Shown one piece after another: positions 36,781 through 54,462 of a DNA stretch of 64,000 nt. The notes below the pieces were generated by a model. It ran no database searches, had not been told where the DNA came from, and worked only from the letters and a program-made list of their open reading frames with translations. Each line of letters opens with the position of its first letter. Within the stretch, counting starts at the first letter, position 1. Source of the stretch: the human T2T-CHM13v2.0 reference genome, Homo sapiens; NCBI RefSeq assembly GCF_009914755.1, contig NC_060928.1. One strand, 5' to 3'. Both the position numbers and the translations under genes were made by a program.

Positions 36781-38021
36781 TATAAGAGTGGGATTCTCCT
36801 GTTTAGAACCTTAACACACTAGCAATCCACTAGTGATCTTCCTAAGCAAGGTAGAACAACCATCCTTTCTCCTCTGATATGCTCTGCCCTGCATCACACC
36901 TGTTCTAAGGGTTTCATTGTAGGGCTGGCCATTGAGAATCCTTTCTATGTCCCTTTTCATGGTGAGTTTGGCCATTTAAAAATGTATATAATCAGGTAAA
37001 AACTTAAGCAATAGAAAATTCTATTTTTAATGCAATGAACTTGTTTATTTCCATAAGATGGATAATTATCTATTGCTGGCCCTATTTTTAGAAGGAGGAA
37101 ACTGAAGCATCTACAGTATATGTGATTTGTCTCCTACTACTCACCAAGTCAGAGATAAAGGTGACATTAATCCTATGAAATCAATTTTTTTAAAAAACCC
37201 ATTAAATTGTGTTAAATTTTGATAAGTATTTATCGAGCACCTTCTGGGTGCAAGGCACAAAAATATGGGGCAGGAGGTACAAAGGCTAATAAGATGTGTA
37301 CCCTGGTTGAAGAAGTCTACAATCTTGTAGGGAAAAGGAGACACTGCTACATAAACACACACACAAACACACACACACACACACACGGCAATATAGAATG
37401 TGAACCAGGTTTTAACAGGTACAAATAAAGTATGAGAAAGTTCAGAAGGAGACCAAAACAGGGGAAAGAAACTAATATTTATTAAATTTTAAATTATTAA
37501 GTTATTTAAATTTTAAATTATTAAATAGCCAGAAACTATTAATAGGCTCATTCCTTGATATATACTTTCTGATTTAAGCCTCACAGTAACCCAACAGGTT
37601 GTTGGGAGTTTTTTGTTTTGTTTACTTTTTGGTTTGGTTTTGTTTATCAGATATCGAAGCCAAGATTCAGCAAACAGTCCAATGTTTCACTGTAACTAAG
37701 TAGTGAGAGACGGGGTTCAAATTTAGGTCTGTCTGAAGAGGGAGAAAATACTTTCCTGTGGTATCAGGAAAGACTTCATAGATTTTCTGATCTTTTTTCT
37801 TTTGTACCCGTGATTTTGAGCCATTTTCGAGTCATCCATTCCTTCTATAATCTGATAAAAGTATTTATCCTTTCTCACAAAAACACACATATACACATAG
37901 AAACAAACACCTTCCAACAGTTTCAGAGTGTCCACAGATACCAAGAACCACTTTTCAGTACAGGTCATACCTGCTAATAAATGATATTTCAGAAGTTAAA
38001 TCACAAAAAAACTCTACAGAC

Positions 38022-38504
38022 CTTAAGTTCCTTTAGTTCCATCCGCCTATCATTAATTTCTTTCTCCAGTTGAGCTTTTTCTACTTGCATAGCTCCAGCA
38101 GTTCGTCCATGCTGGCCCACCAGCTGTGTCATGTTCTCAATCTGCTGTCGCAGAATCTCGATCACCTTGTCCTTCTCTGTCATCTGCAGTTTGAGGGCCT
38201 CACATTCTGTCTGCACATTTCTGAGATGATCCCCTTCATTTTTCAAGTGTTGCAGCTCCTGCAATTTCAAGTCCACCCGGGAGCGGAGCTTTGTGATCTC
38301 TGCATTGGTAGCCTCGATGGCTCTCTCTTTTTCCTGGAGAGAAGTTGTCAGGTCCGATATTGTCCTCTCTGAGCTCTCCAGAGTCATTTTCTTGGCTGTC
38401 AACTCTTCTACTACTTTGCGCAGCATCTCTTTGGTGGATTCAAGCTGAGCAGTCAAGGAGGATACTTTTTCTAGACTTTCATTCTTTCCTTGAATTGCTG
38501 CCAT
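38022..38504 (-). CDS. CCDC158: CCDC158 coding exon (MAAIQGKNES...ELKELK)
   Basis: aatcag acceptor, AAG|gtctgt donor, 483 nt; ORF 38001..38504 with strong heptad composition. Confidence 0.96.
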
Positions 38505-38623
38505 CTGATTGTTAAAGAAAAGAGAATTTCATAGATTTGGGAGGATAGGTATAGGCAACCTCAAGAGATACAAGTTAACTTAAAAGCATGAAATCATGAA
38601 TTAGGCAATGTTTAGTAAGATCT

Positions 38624-38757
38624 TTTTTTTTTTTTTAAGAGATGGGGGTCTCACTGTGTTCCCTAGGTTGGTCTTCTCAAATTCCCAGCCTCAAATGATC
38701 TCCTGCTTCGGCCTCCCAAAGTGCTGGGATTTCAGGGATGAGCCACTGTACCCAGCC
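38624..38757 (-). repeat. Alu monomer (FLAM-like)
   Basis: Single reverse arm with T tail. Confidence 0.85.
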
Positions 38758-39660
38758 ATGTCTAGTTAAATTAACTCAATCATTTTGCTGTCAGAACTCT
38801 AGCTCTTATAACATATGTAAGACTGACATATGCTAATTAGACCAAGGTGGAGAGGGCTTAATTAAATAATAACGCTCCTCCACAACGGTGTTCTAGAGTG
38901 CAGTCTTGGGAAGTTTCCTCTGTGGATGTTTTCTGTACTGATTTAGATTAAGATAACCCTGGCAATGGGGGGAAGGGTGGCAGAATTTACAATAACTACC
39001 CCTTATTTTTAATTTCCCTCCAACTTTACCTTTAATTCTACCTCTGAGGAAAAAAATGAATAATGGCTTTTATCCACACACACATTCATATTCTCTGATC
39101 CTTGTTTGGAAAAGCTGAAAATTCTAACTTCCAGTTGGTCCTTTCATCTTTCTTCTTGCCCAGGTTAAGCCAGAGAGTAGGTTAATGGCTTTGCCTGGGT
39201 CTAAGCCAAGACCAGTCCCTTGGTTTGCTTTCACATTCTGAGAAGCTTACACTTTTGTGGGATGCTTTTTATGTCCCTGTGGCAGTAACTGGCATTAGAA
39301 CCATGTCTTCCTAGCACAGAAAGTACACTGCTATTAAGAAGGCAGTCCACGTTTTGCTACTGGAGGGTGCACCGGAATGGAATGCACTCATCAGTCTCAA
39401 TCAGTGATGAGACTTGGGGAAAGAGAGGCAAGTCTCTTTTGGGAGAAAAATAAAGCAAAAAAATCTGTTAGAAACCTTCAACCCTGTTGCTTCTCAGGCT
39501 GCCCAATAATTTGATGCTTCTCTGCAGCAGAAATAAGCAATTATTAGGTTACCAATTTTTAGGTAAACGTGAAAAGGCAATGGGATAAGAGTTTAGTTCT
39601 TCAACAATGTACAAGTGAGATAAAGCTTGACACATTTAGTTTAATTAGTGTCTATATATA

Positions 39661-40014
<354 letters not shown>

Positions 40015-40152
40015 TCACAGAATCCATAGCTTTATTTTAGGAGCCATTTTAGGTCCATATATGTTAAAAATAAAAAGCTCTATTTAGACATAAAATATTT
40101 ATTTCCCCAGAGGAGATTGTTTGGCGATGGCACAGCCTGTGCAGGCACTGAC

Positions 40153-40350
40153 CTGCCGCTCCATCTGGCCCTGACACTCGCTCTTCAAGGCCTTGAGCAG
40201 GGCTTCCAGGCGCTGCACCTCCATGTTCCGGTTGTCCAGTTCCCGCCGCAGGTGGTCAATGGTGATGCTGTTGCCTGTGTCTCGGTCCCACAGACGCTTA
40301 TTCTGCTCCTTCTCCAGACTCAGCTCCTTCTCCCTTTTGTGTAGATCAGC
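40153..40350 (-). CDS. CCDC158: CCDC158 coding exon (ADLHKREKEL...GQMERQ)
   Basis: tttttag acceptor, CAG|gtcagt donor, 198 nt, phase 0/0. Confidence 0.95.
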
Positions 40351-42143
40351 CTAAAAAAAGAGAGGAATGCTTTTTTCCTCCCTGCTATTAAATAATTAAG
40401 ATAAAACATATTGTCTTTATATCATATTTGGAGTTTTTATGTGATTTCAGACACCTTTGATTTTGGAATCTGATTCCTTTTTAATGGCTTAAGAGCAATT
40501 ATTTCCAAGAAAAATAAGTTAACATTTTGCTTAAAATTTCTAGCATTACTAGTCTATCTCGAGGGACTAGACCTCAAATAATATACAATGAAAAGGAAAA
40601 TACAGTAGATTTTAAAAGTCATCCTGTTTTTAAGTCTTGCATTTTCTAAGAAAGACATTATGTCTCACATCAGGTATGCTCCTATAATAAAGAAATGCTC
40701 AAAAGCATGAAGGAAAAATGATAAGTAAAGGAAAAATGATAAGTAATGGAGAGATGGCAGAATAGTGGCTGGTACTGGAATTGGAGTAGCATCTGGGCTG
40801 TGAATAGAATTACCTCCCTTTTCAGTCACTTAAAAAATACATAGTGTTGAATAGGAGCAAAAACTCTAGTCAGACTAGTAAAAACAAAGATATATCTACA
40901 CTCAAATGACTTAGGATCCAAGAGAAAGTTAAGACATAGACATAAGTAACTGGAAGTGGTTTTTCATTAAAGGAACAAAGATAAGGAATAGCAGACAGAA
41001 TCTCACTAAAGGGATCAAAATGCTTCAGGATAGTATTTGAGTTAGACCTGAAGATGTAGAGATTAGGAAGAAGGGACAGGAAAGGGGCCTGTGTGTTTGC
41101 TTGGTGCACTGGGTCCGGGTAGAGAGAAAGGATTGGAAAGGTTAGCAGGGTGATGGATCATGAACAGTATTGAAAGGGAGGGTGTCTGACTTTATGGAGA
41201 AAGTAATTTTGAGTTGAACAGTGACATCATCGGAGCTACATTTTAGAGAGATGTATGCGGCAGCCCTTTACAGGAAGGAGTGAAGAGGAGAAAAACTGGA
41301 GTTGGGAACATCAGTAAGGAGACTGCCATGCTTCAGGCAATGAGTAATGAGGGGTTGAACGAGAGGTGGTGATGGTAAGAATGAAAAGGGAGGCCAGGTT
41401 TGAGGATCTTTCAGACATTCAGTCTCCAAGATTTTCAAATTAGATAGGAGAACACTGAAAAACATGCAAATGTTAGGTAAAGAACTGAAGAATTATGCCA
41501 AGATTAAGAGCTTCTCTACACAGCTCTCAGTTCTATCCTTACCTCAGCTCATCAAACCCTTGTCAGCCTGCAAAGGATGGCTTTACCAGCAAAGAGCACC
41601 ATTCCCTGGAATGGGGTTTGGTAAGCCGAGAAATTTATTCTGTTATACCACTAATACCGCAAAAGGGGATTCCAAACATTTCCTTTCCTAAATTTCTCAT
41701 CCTATAGTTCCTCTAACAGAGGACAGAGTGGCTTCATTATGAGCACAATCATACTGTCCTTTTCTTTTAAAACAACTTCACCTAACCGTCCATTCCAAAT
41801 TTCTATATACACAATTTTTATGTGTTTTGAATGTTATTTGGCCTTAAAATGAACGTGTAACACTACTTCAATTTAATGGAATATGGTATCTACTTGAAAG
41901 ACTATGGCTATGTCAAGATCTCCTTCACCTAATACTGTAATAGCTCTGCTTAAGAAAAAAGTTAAGTATACAGAATATCATATTTTATATGCAAAACTTG
42001 AATTGTGTCTAAAATAATCTATTGCATGTATGCACAAATATTTTGTAAATTTGTAATTTTATAAAGGAAACGAGTTTTGTGATATATTTCAGTGAAAAAC
42101 TTCCCAGAATTAGTCTTATTCATATTTTAAAGCATAATCTTAC

Positions 42144-42263
42144 CAACAGCTTTTGAAGTTGATCATCTAAATTTCCAGATTCCTGACTGAATTGATCACG
42201 CTCTGTCCGGGCTTCAGTTAGCTCTGAGTTGGCAAGGACTAACTGCTTTTCCAGCTCTTCTGT
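42144..42263 (-). CDS. CCDC158: CCDC158 coding exon (TEELEKQLVL...QLQKLL)
   Basis: ctttcag acceptor, TTG|gtaaga donor, 120 nt, phase 0/0. Confidence 0.95.
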
Positions 42264-42351
42264 CTGAAAGGAAAGTACAAATTGAACAGTGTCTGATTAT
42301 GACAGTGGGTAATATAAAATAAATATAGACTTTGGAAAACAAATGGTATTA

Positions 42352-42742
<391 letters not shown>

Positions 42743-42889
42743 TTAGCCAGGGAAATTAGACAAAATGAAATATTTAGTACTGTTGAATTTGGGAATTGCC
42801 TGTAATACATCTGTCTCCTGTTTTCATACTATTCAAGATTTATCTTCTGTGAAGACATGTTCTATAATTTGGTATTTAAGAAAGCTTGA

Positions 42890-43176
42890 GGGTTGGCACA
42901 ATGGCCCATGCCTGTAATCCTTTGGGAGGCCAAGGCAGGAGGATCCCTTGAGCCCAGGAGTTCAAGACCAACCTAGGCAACACAGGGAGACCCCATCACT
43001 ACAAAAAATATTTTTTTAAAGGTTAGCTGGCCATGGTGGTGCACACCTGGGGTCCCAGCTACTTGGGAGGCTGAAGTGGGAAGACTGCTTGAGACTGGGT
43101 GGTTAAGGCTGCAGTGAGCCATGATTGTGTCCCTGCACTCCAGCCTGAGTGACAGAGCAAAACTGTTTCAAAAAAA
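42890..43176 (+). repeat. AluJ
   Basis: Dimeric Alu; aagaaagcttga / aaggaagcttga flanks. Confidence 0.9.
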
Positions 43177-43522
43177 GGAAGCTTGATATGGCATAAACAA
43201 CATGCTGCAGAGCCTAAATAAATGAACTGTATTGTACTTAGAAGAGCTATTTTGCTTCAGAATATCAAAGTTTCGGTAATAAAAGGCATTGAATATAAAA
43301 GAATGAATGGTAACAAGTTATTAGCTATTGTCATTATTTTATAGCCACTACTTTTTTAAAGGATGAATTTATATATATTTATATTTACAGTAGGACAATT
43401 TATTTAACCATTCTAACCCTCATTTTGTTCAACTATTAATATAAAATGGGAATAAAAGTACCAATTTTAGAGGATGTTAAAGTGCATTTTATTCTGACAA
43501 GGCAGCTGTTTGATCTGTTTGA

Positions 43523-43879
<357 letters not shown>

Positions 43880-44636
43880 TAGTTCTTTATGTCTAGGTTC
43901 AGCGTATGCTAAGAGGCTAGGATCTCAGACTGTGGAGACTAAGGGTTTAGATTTTAGCTGAGCCACACAATATCATAACTTAAATAATAAGATATTAAAA
44001 CAATGAGAACGTGTTGATACTTAGTTATATGGTGATATCTTAACTTTAAGTAGGTATCTACATTACTATTTTATCATCTACTTTCTAGTAATAGGAAATC
44101 TTTCATGTCTGCATAAATGGTGCATATTCCTTCTTAGCTTTAAGGTGGCTATTTAGTAGGTTTCCAATCTACTGTCAATAATAAAACCTGGTTTGGATGA
44201 TGTACTATGATAAAACTTTCTTAACTAGAGAACATATGACTAAGACTAACTTTTTCTTGAGAACTTTCTAGTTTTACTATTTACTATTTATTTTTAAAGA
44301 TCTTCACTTATTCAACACATATTGAATTATATTATCTATACATACATACACACATCTCTCTTTAATAATAATCATAAGGAATAGAAGTTATATATATATC
44401 CACATATACATATATGACTAAGAAAGTACTAATATAGGACTATCAGTTTCCCATTTACCTACAGAAATCAGAGTATAGACTTTAATATTTATATTGGCTA
44501 TATTCCTAAACTGACTTTGTATCTGGCTGCATGCTATGTATAAAAAGTATTTCACCAGAATTAAGTACACGTAAAATATTAGATCACTGTCTAAAATGTA
44601 TTCCTAGACTCTATTAATCTAATAAAGAAGTACTTT

Positions 44637-44896
44637 CCAGGAGACTGAGGTGGGAGGATCACTTGAGGCCAGGAGTTCGAGACCAGCCTGGGCAGCATAG
44701 TGAGACCCCATCTCTACAAAAATAAAAATAAAATTAGCCTGGCATGGTGGTGCATGCCTGTAGTTTTGGCTAGTCAGGAGGCTGAGGTGGGAGGATCGCT
44801 TGAGCCTGGGAGTTTGAAGCTGTAATGAGTCATGTTCGTGCCACTGCACTCCAGCCTTGGCAACAGAGTGAGACACTCTCTTAAAAAAACAAAAAA
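44637..44896 (+). repeat. 5'-truncated AluJ
   Basis: Alu body flanked by aagaagtactt / aaaaagtactt. Confidence 0.88.
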
Positions 44897-46784
44897 GTAC
44901 TTCTTGTGCTCCTTTTGGGGCATATACAGGAAAAGAAATGAAAAAGTCCCATAAAAATTCAAGCTCTGTAACACAGGTTACTTCCTAAGAAAAATGAATG
45001 AACAATATCAATTGATAAAATCTCTTCACTTTTGTTATTATCAGGAAAGACTAAATCAGTACACACTTAGTAAATACAGTAAGGGGAAGAAACACAAACT
45101 TTACTGTTACACAATTATGTTTGCCTGGCAAGGAATGGGTACATGAACATGATCCGAGGGGCAATATGATCAGGCGAAGAGCCAAACACCTTAGGTTCTT
45201 GTCTAGTTTCTGTTACATAACTTCCCTGTGTTTCCATTTTTTTCATCTGTAATTGGAAAGAGTATTCTAGACGATCTCTCATGTTCCTTTCAATTCTAAT
45301 ACTTTATTCCACAAGAACAGTATTAATAAAGCTGAAACAATTTATTCTCCACCTGTCTTTTGAGCTATAAATTTAACAAGAACATTTCCAATTTGAATTA
45401 ATCATATGATTAAAATAAATGTTTTCTACTCCTAGCCTGGCATAAACCATTTCTATCCTTGAGCAAAGAAAATAATTTGTATATATGCTTTAAAAGCTTA
45501 AATTAAGATTTTCTCTTTTGTCTGCTTTCACTTAAAAAAAAAAAACTTCTGGATAATCATTTCATAACATCAAACTTGACATGAGACCAAATTAAAAAAA
45601 GAAAGAAAAAGAAACGAGCCAAGTCTTATCTTTCCATCTGTCTATTAAGTATAAGAAGTTCCTCCAGCCCCCTGCAGGAACATTTGTTTTGTAGTTGTCA
45701 GTACTGACTCAGCTGCTATAGGTCTGCTTTTACCTTTCACTTTTTAGAGTAAAAACATTTATATTAATCAATCAAAAAGATAAATAGAGAGTGAAAGGGA
45801 AAACCATTGAAGTAGCAGCTGAGTTGATATAAACAGCTGTAAAAAACACTATAAAGAAAAGCCTTTTAAAATATCCAGAATAAATATTGACATCTGAGAT
45901 GTATTAAAGATTTTTTCTTTTTCTTTTATTTTTACGTAGTAGCACTGGTTTTCCCTTTCACCATCTATGAATGCACTTTTTGGTTTGGATCACTGGACAA
46001 ATGAGTATTGGGATTTCATTCTAATCTCACATTGATTTTAGAGATATTGCCAATCATATCAAATCACACGAGGTTTGGTTTGTCTGTTGGTGGTGGTGTT
46101 TTCTGTTTTTCTGTGCTCAAAAAGACACAGCTATGGAATAATAAGGGATGCTACAGGCCAGCATGGCGGTGCATTGGCAGAACTATGCAGAGGTTTGCAC
46201 AGAATCTTCCTGCACAGTATATAGCTCCAGCCAGTGCTACTAAATCATCACTTTTTTAATACAAAATTCAGCCCCAACTGCTTTCAAAGTAGTAAAAATA
46301 AATGCTGAATCAACATCAGGAGATATTTTTGTTGTCAAAAAGCGAAAGTTAAGGGTAAAGCCAAATCTACAGAGCCAATAGTGACAGCTTCTACTGGTCC
46401 AAATTCGTAAAGGGGAATTCTGGAGGTTCTCCTAAAGTGGAAAGAGAAGAATAGAAAACAGCATTACAGTAAAACACTTTTGTAAGCTACGAAAGCTACA
46501 TCTCACATTTTTTTGAAGTACAATTTCTATGTTCACCAGCATAAAATAACTGTGTTAATCTGAAGAGAAATATTAACTTCCAAAACAAGTTTTCTCTTAA
46601 TTTATGCATTCTAGTTGGAAAAGTTTTGTTTAGACCTGTCATGTCATCAATTTTTAAAAATGAAAACACTTTTTAAAATGAAGAAATCTGACCTTGGGAG
46701 AAAATACTAATACTGCCCCTCATAAAACATGTTGATGTTTAATATCAACACACCTTTATTAGTTTCCTTTCACACAAATCTCAC

Positions 46785-47090
<306 letters not shown>

Positions 47091-50016
47091 ATGAATCTCA
47101 CTTTTAATCACAGCTTTTATGTATTATGTCCTTTGATATTTTTCCTTGTTGTTATTTGAATGGTATATACTGAAATATGCACTGAAGCAACAGAGAAAAA
47201 ATAGATTTTAAGGTTTTAATAGGCTTTAGCAATGCCAAGTCATATGAAAATGAAAAATAAAGCAGAATAATTTGTGTTTTTAGATTTTATATTCAATTCA
47301 TTATAACAAAAACATTTTATAACAATACAATTTTTTATGATCCCAAGTGAAATCCTTGTTATTAACTTGTTTGATTTTCCTTGCTCAGCTACACCATGTA
47401 ATTAATGTCACCTTAGGCCAGAGTGTACTTAGCTATATTTACATGGCAGTCATCTCTCAGTGCTCCCTGACCAAACCAAAGGGAGTTACTGTTAAGACAG
47501 TCTAGTTAACCATCAACTAGGTGCCAACTCTATTTAGGGTCACTGTGGTGTATTATAAATCTCAGTGATTTATTAAAACTAATGAAGCTGATATGCCCTC
47601 CTTATTTCCGTTAGCTCTTTACTATTTAAGACTGTCAAAATTCTTGCTCAGCCACTATTTACATTAGAGCAAAATAAGAGAATGATTCTAATATCATGTT
47701 TGTATCTATATGACCCCAAAACATTCATGTAAAAAGCTTGCAGTCATTCATCTGGATCTCGTGCTTCTACAATGCCAAAGATTTAAATGCTTATAAAAAC
47801 TTAGAAATTCTTTTTATACATTTTAGATGGACATTTCAGTATTTGTGAAAAAATTTCCCAATATGTCCAAATCAGCATGATACTGTATATTGGACCAAAT
47901 GCAAATTAGCAAACAATGGGTGAGGCTTCTGAAAGGATAATTTTTCCAAACAACAGTATAATGGAAAGCTATAGCAGTTACCAATCATGTAAGAAACCAC
48001 AGGTGAGTTGAGCTTTATTTAGTACTTTGCGGCTTTTCAAAAAGTTTGTCAATAGACAATGAGTACTTAATCTTTCCAAAATGATTTGTGATTATTCATG
48101 AATATGCATTATTATATTGGACTGTGACACAACAGCTCTCTTATTTCCTCTCTCATTGTCAGATTGTCAGCTCTCACTTCTGCCAGAGTGCCTACCTCCA
48201 CTAGACCCAAGTGAAAAAGCACCCTCCCACCTCATGGTGCACTAAAATCAGCCCCTCCTGCTGTTGTCTGCAGGGTGCGGTCATGACCTTTTGGTATAGG
48301 CTTGGTCTGCCCAGACTGGGGTGGACATTCCTGCTATAAATCATCAGGGGAAAAGCTTGTCCTGAGAAAAGACACTAGAACATAAAAAGCAGGCTTCAGA
48401 GAGGCAGAGAAAAGCGTGTGTTCCTCTCTGACCTTTTGTTTGTTGAGTGTACCCTTTAAGCAGTCTAAGGTTGCTTAAGGTTGCTCAGAGGCGGCACTGG
48501 TTGAAATAACATTGCCACAAGGATTTAGGTTAAGGGTTATGCAAGGAGGTTTACAAAAGGAGGCAGTGTTATTCAAACGCAACCCCCCAATAAATTATGA
48601 AATCAATTTAGTGAGCTTCAAATAAGCATCTGAAGAGAACAGAAAATAGCTGGCATCACATGTAATAGGAGTAAATATTGTTTTATGAATCTTGCTTCAG
48701 TTGCATGTGTGTTGGATCATAAGATGAACTATATTTCTTACTTTGGAAGACACTGCTGTAAAGGACCCACATCTATAACTGAGATTATACAGTTTCATGT
48801 TACTCTCTATGGCTTAGACTTTAGTAAAGTCCTGTCTAAATTCCATCCTTATCTTAGCTTTGATAAATGTTGAGGTATCTTATTTCCATGCGCGAGCCAA
48901 GTAGAAACAGCCCCCTCCTGTGGCCGGCTGGAGTGATAGCGGTAATTAAAATGGGGTGCCCAAAGAAGGGCAAATGTCTGGAAGAATTCGTGCTGCAATA
49001 TATGGAGCTTTCCTCCATGTACTGTTACCCTATAGAATTGGTTTCATTTTATAAAGGGAGTATGGCAGCTTCCTTATACTCTATTTCTTCTAACCTACTG
49101 CTCCAAATAGCTAAGGTGTGAGAAACTGACTACAAGTGACAGAACTGTATGTAAATTGTTTCTGCTTGGCTGTCTAAGGGTCTCTTATAGGTAGGATGAC
49201 TAAATATAGACTTTATCTTCCAAATGGGGACACTATGGAGATGAGAGGTAGCATTCATAAAACAGGACACTGGGCTAGCGGGTGTAAACCGAGACTGTCC
49301 CAGGCAAGCCGCCTTGGGTGATCACCCTTCTCACAGGGAATGAAGACCACCACTCCTCTTAATGGCAGCTCCTTGTTTGTTTTTTAGGGTCTTACTGTTT
49401 TACAAATGGTTGAAATGAACAAAAGTCTAAACTCTGGATAAACAGATGACAATGATACTGAATAGCTTCTCTTTAGCTATGGAAAGTGAAAGAAAAAAAC
49501 AGAATATCAAATATTAATGTGGTTTTAAAAGGAATTACATGATGATGAGAGATGACTTATCCTCCTAATTAATTTTTATGTAATTAATTCATTTAATTAA
49601 TCTTAACATTAATTCAGTTTGGTAGCTTCACAATGATTAGGAGTTAGGAGTTGAAGTAAGAGAGGAGGTAGGCCCCAAAAATATTGAGTAGCAGGGGGAT
49701 CTGGCTGGTATGGAAGTATTTGCTAAAGTTTAGCTAAGTAAAAATAATTAAGATGGTCTCATTTTTAATGCATTTTTTAGAAACTCACTTGAACTATGCA
49801 AAAAATTTTGCTAAGAATGAATCAGAGTACACAATTTAAATAAAAATAGTTTATAAATAGTTTAAAATATAATTTAGCATGCTCTTACTCCAGCTTATAA
49901 ACTGCTTTTAATTTGAAATTACTTTGATTCCTTATTTTCAAATAAACTATTACTAATATAATATTGATTCTGGATATTAAAGTCTCTAGAAACAGACCAG
50001 CAAAACCTAAACTCAC

Positions 50017-50131
50017 CTTGTCTTCATACATCCTTTTGGCTTCCCTTAATTCAGAACGTAGCTGAGAAACAGTAGATTCCAGATCGCTGAGCTGACGCAT
50101 ATACATAGAGTTTTGGTTTCTTGCTTGCTCT
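50017..50131 (-). CDS. CCDC158: CCDC158 coding exon (EQARNQNSMY...RMYEDK)
   Basis: ttcttag acceptor, AAG|gtgagt donor, 115 nt; overlaps ORF 49885..50106. Confidence 0.95.
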
Positions 50132-50461
50132 CTAAGAAGAGTTTAGAAGGGGAATAAGTGCAAATAGCAAACTAAGAATAAGAGTAACACCTGAGTATTC
50201 TAGCTTTTTGACACTACCACTAGTTATTTTATATGGCATTATTAAGCCAATAGTCTTTTATTTTCCAAAACTGACTCTCAAAAGTTTCACCTCAAATATA
50301 TTGTAAACTGCTGAAGCTGGGTGACAGCTGTATGGGAGTGCATTACACTATTTTCTCTCTACTTTTGTATATGATAGAAAATGTCCATATAAAAAGTTTT
50401 AACATACAACTCAAATAAAATTATTTCTACACATATGCATACATTTTACTTATATATATTC

Positions 50462-50470
<9 letters not shown>

Positions 50471-50510
<40 letters not shown>
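50471..50510. repeat. (AC)n microsatellite
   Basis: 20 AC units directly abutting the LTR. Confidence 0.95.
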
Positions 50511-53097
<2,587 letters not shown>

Positions 53098-53333
53098 GAA
53101 TACTTAAAACAGCCAATCCCAGGAGCCCCAAATACTTGCAAAAATACTTCTTATATGGTCAGATAACAGTACCTATGTTACATAATACTTCCTGTTCATT
53201 TAAATGTTAGAAAAATGTTTCACTTTCTTATGAAATCTTACTAAGCAAGTTCTAAAAGATTATAGAACAGAAAGTTAATGAGAATAATATCTTTAAAATG
53301 AAGATGAATGACTAACAGTTTCAAACCACATAC

Positions 53334-53444
53334 TGAATGATTTCCATTTGACTCTGGATACTATTGGCTTGGCTTCGAGCACTGCTAGCTTTCTCAGTAA
53401 GTCCTGTTATTTCAACTTCATGTTCACTTATTAACTGCTCAATC
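53334..53444 (-). CDS. CCDC158: CCDC158 coding exon (IEQLISEHEV...QMEII-Q)
   Basis: tttatag acceptor, CA|gtatgt donor, 111 nt, phase-consistent. Confidence 0.93.
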
Positions 53445-53839
53445 CTATAAAAAGAATGTGGTGATTGTTATTTGATACAGAAGATTTTCCTGACTATGAA
53501 TTATTTTAAAAATTAATGATTTTCAATACTCTCAAATTTAGTATTTTGCTTTGCTTTTGTATATGCTACTCTTTTAATAACAAGTGTCTACAACAAGTCC
53601 AAAACCCTTTATCCAAATCTTTTGGGAGTCAGATAGTTTTGGAATTCAGAATTTTTTTTTATTTTACAATGGTAATAAATTGCAAGTAGTAAATATTATA
53701 TGACACCCCCAATGAGATCTAGGGAAGTGTCCCATTAACGAAACATATCATGAATGCAATAATTTATAAGTATTCACACTAAATTGTAGACTATGGAAAG
53801 GTTTACATTAGCTCTGGTCAGGTTTTTCCAACAAATGAG

Positions 53840-54253
53840 TGACAAAAACTCTCTCCTTCACCAAACTTTAGTCAGACTCTTCTGAGGCCTCTTTTCAACT
53901 ATGCCTCAACCTTTGGCCTGCCTAGCCCAGACCTAGCAAGAATCTTGCCAAGTCAGTTTAGTCCTCCCACCCTCGATATCTGATCAAGTTCTTCATCCCC
54001 TGCCTTTGATATCTAAGCCCTTGGCCTGCATTTAGCAAGAATCCCCCTACTCTTGATGCCTTTTCTCAGTAATTTTCCATCCACAGACCCCCTCACCATG
54101 CCCCCTGGCTATAAATCCCCATTTGGCCTTGTATTGGGAGCTGAGCTTAATCTCTCTCTCTCTCTCTCCTACAGCAATACTCCTATTGTAATCATCTCAA
54201 ATGACATCTTCCTTACGATTTTATAACCAGGGTCAGGAAAACAAAATGTTAAC
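53840..54253 (+). mobile_element. ERV1 solo LTR (MER31-like) nested in a Tigger-type MITE (MER46-like, ~53590-54340)
   Basis: tgacaaaaactctctccttcaccaaactttagtcag start, ctataaatccc TATA; flanks resemble a MER46-type element. Confidence 0.6.
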
Positions 54254-54385
54254 ATGAGTTTCCTATAAACCTATAAAAAAACTTATGTGTTTCAGAGCTG
54301 TTTAGATTTTGGAATTGTGGCCGAAACACTGTAAAACTGTGGTTTAGTTTCGCTAGGCTTTTCCATACCTCAGTCAGAAACCTAC

Positions 54386-54462
54386 CTATCTTGGTGTTGT
54401 TGCAGAAGTAGTTCTATTTTGTTCTGTGATTCAGATTTCAGTGCTTCAAGTTGATCCTCTAC
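54386..54462 (-). CDS. CCDC158: CCDC158 coding exon (VEDQLEALKS...QQHQD-R)
   Basis: aaccag acceptor, AG|gtaggt donor, 77 nt, phase-consistent. Confidence 0.93.

Noticed and set aside
40709-40746. 18-bp tandem duplication and similar small duplications (~37478-37525, ~48476-48486)
   Set aside because: Ordinary replication slippage; no spacers, so not CRISPR-like or otherwise structured
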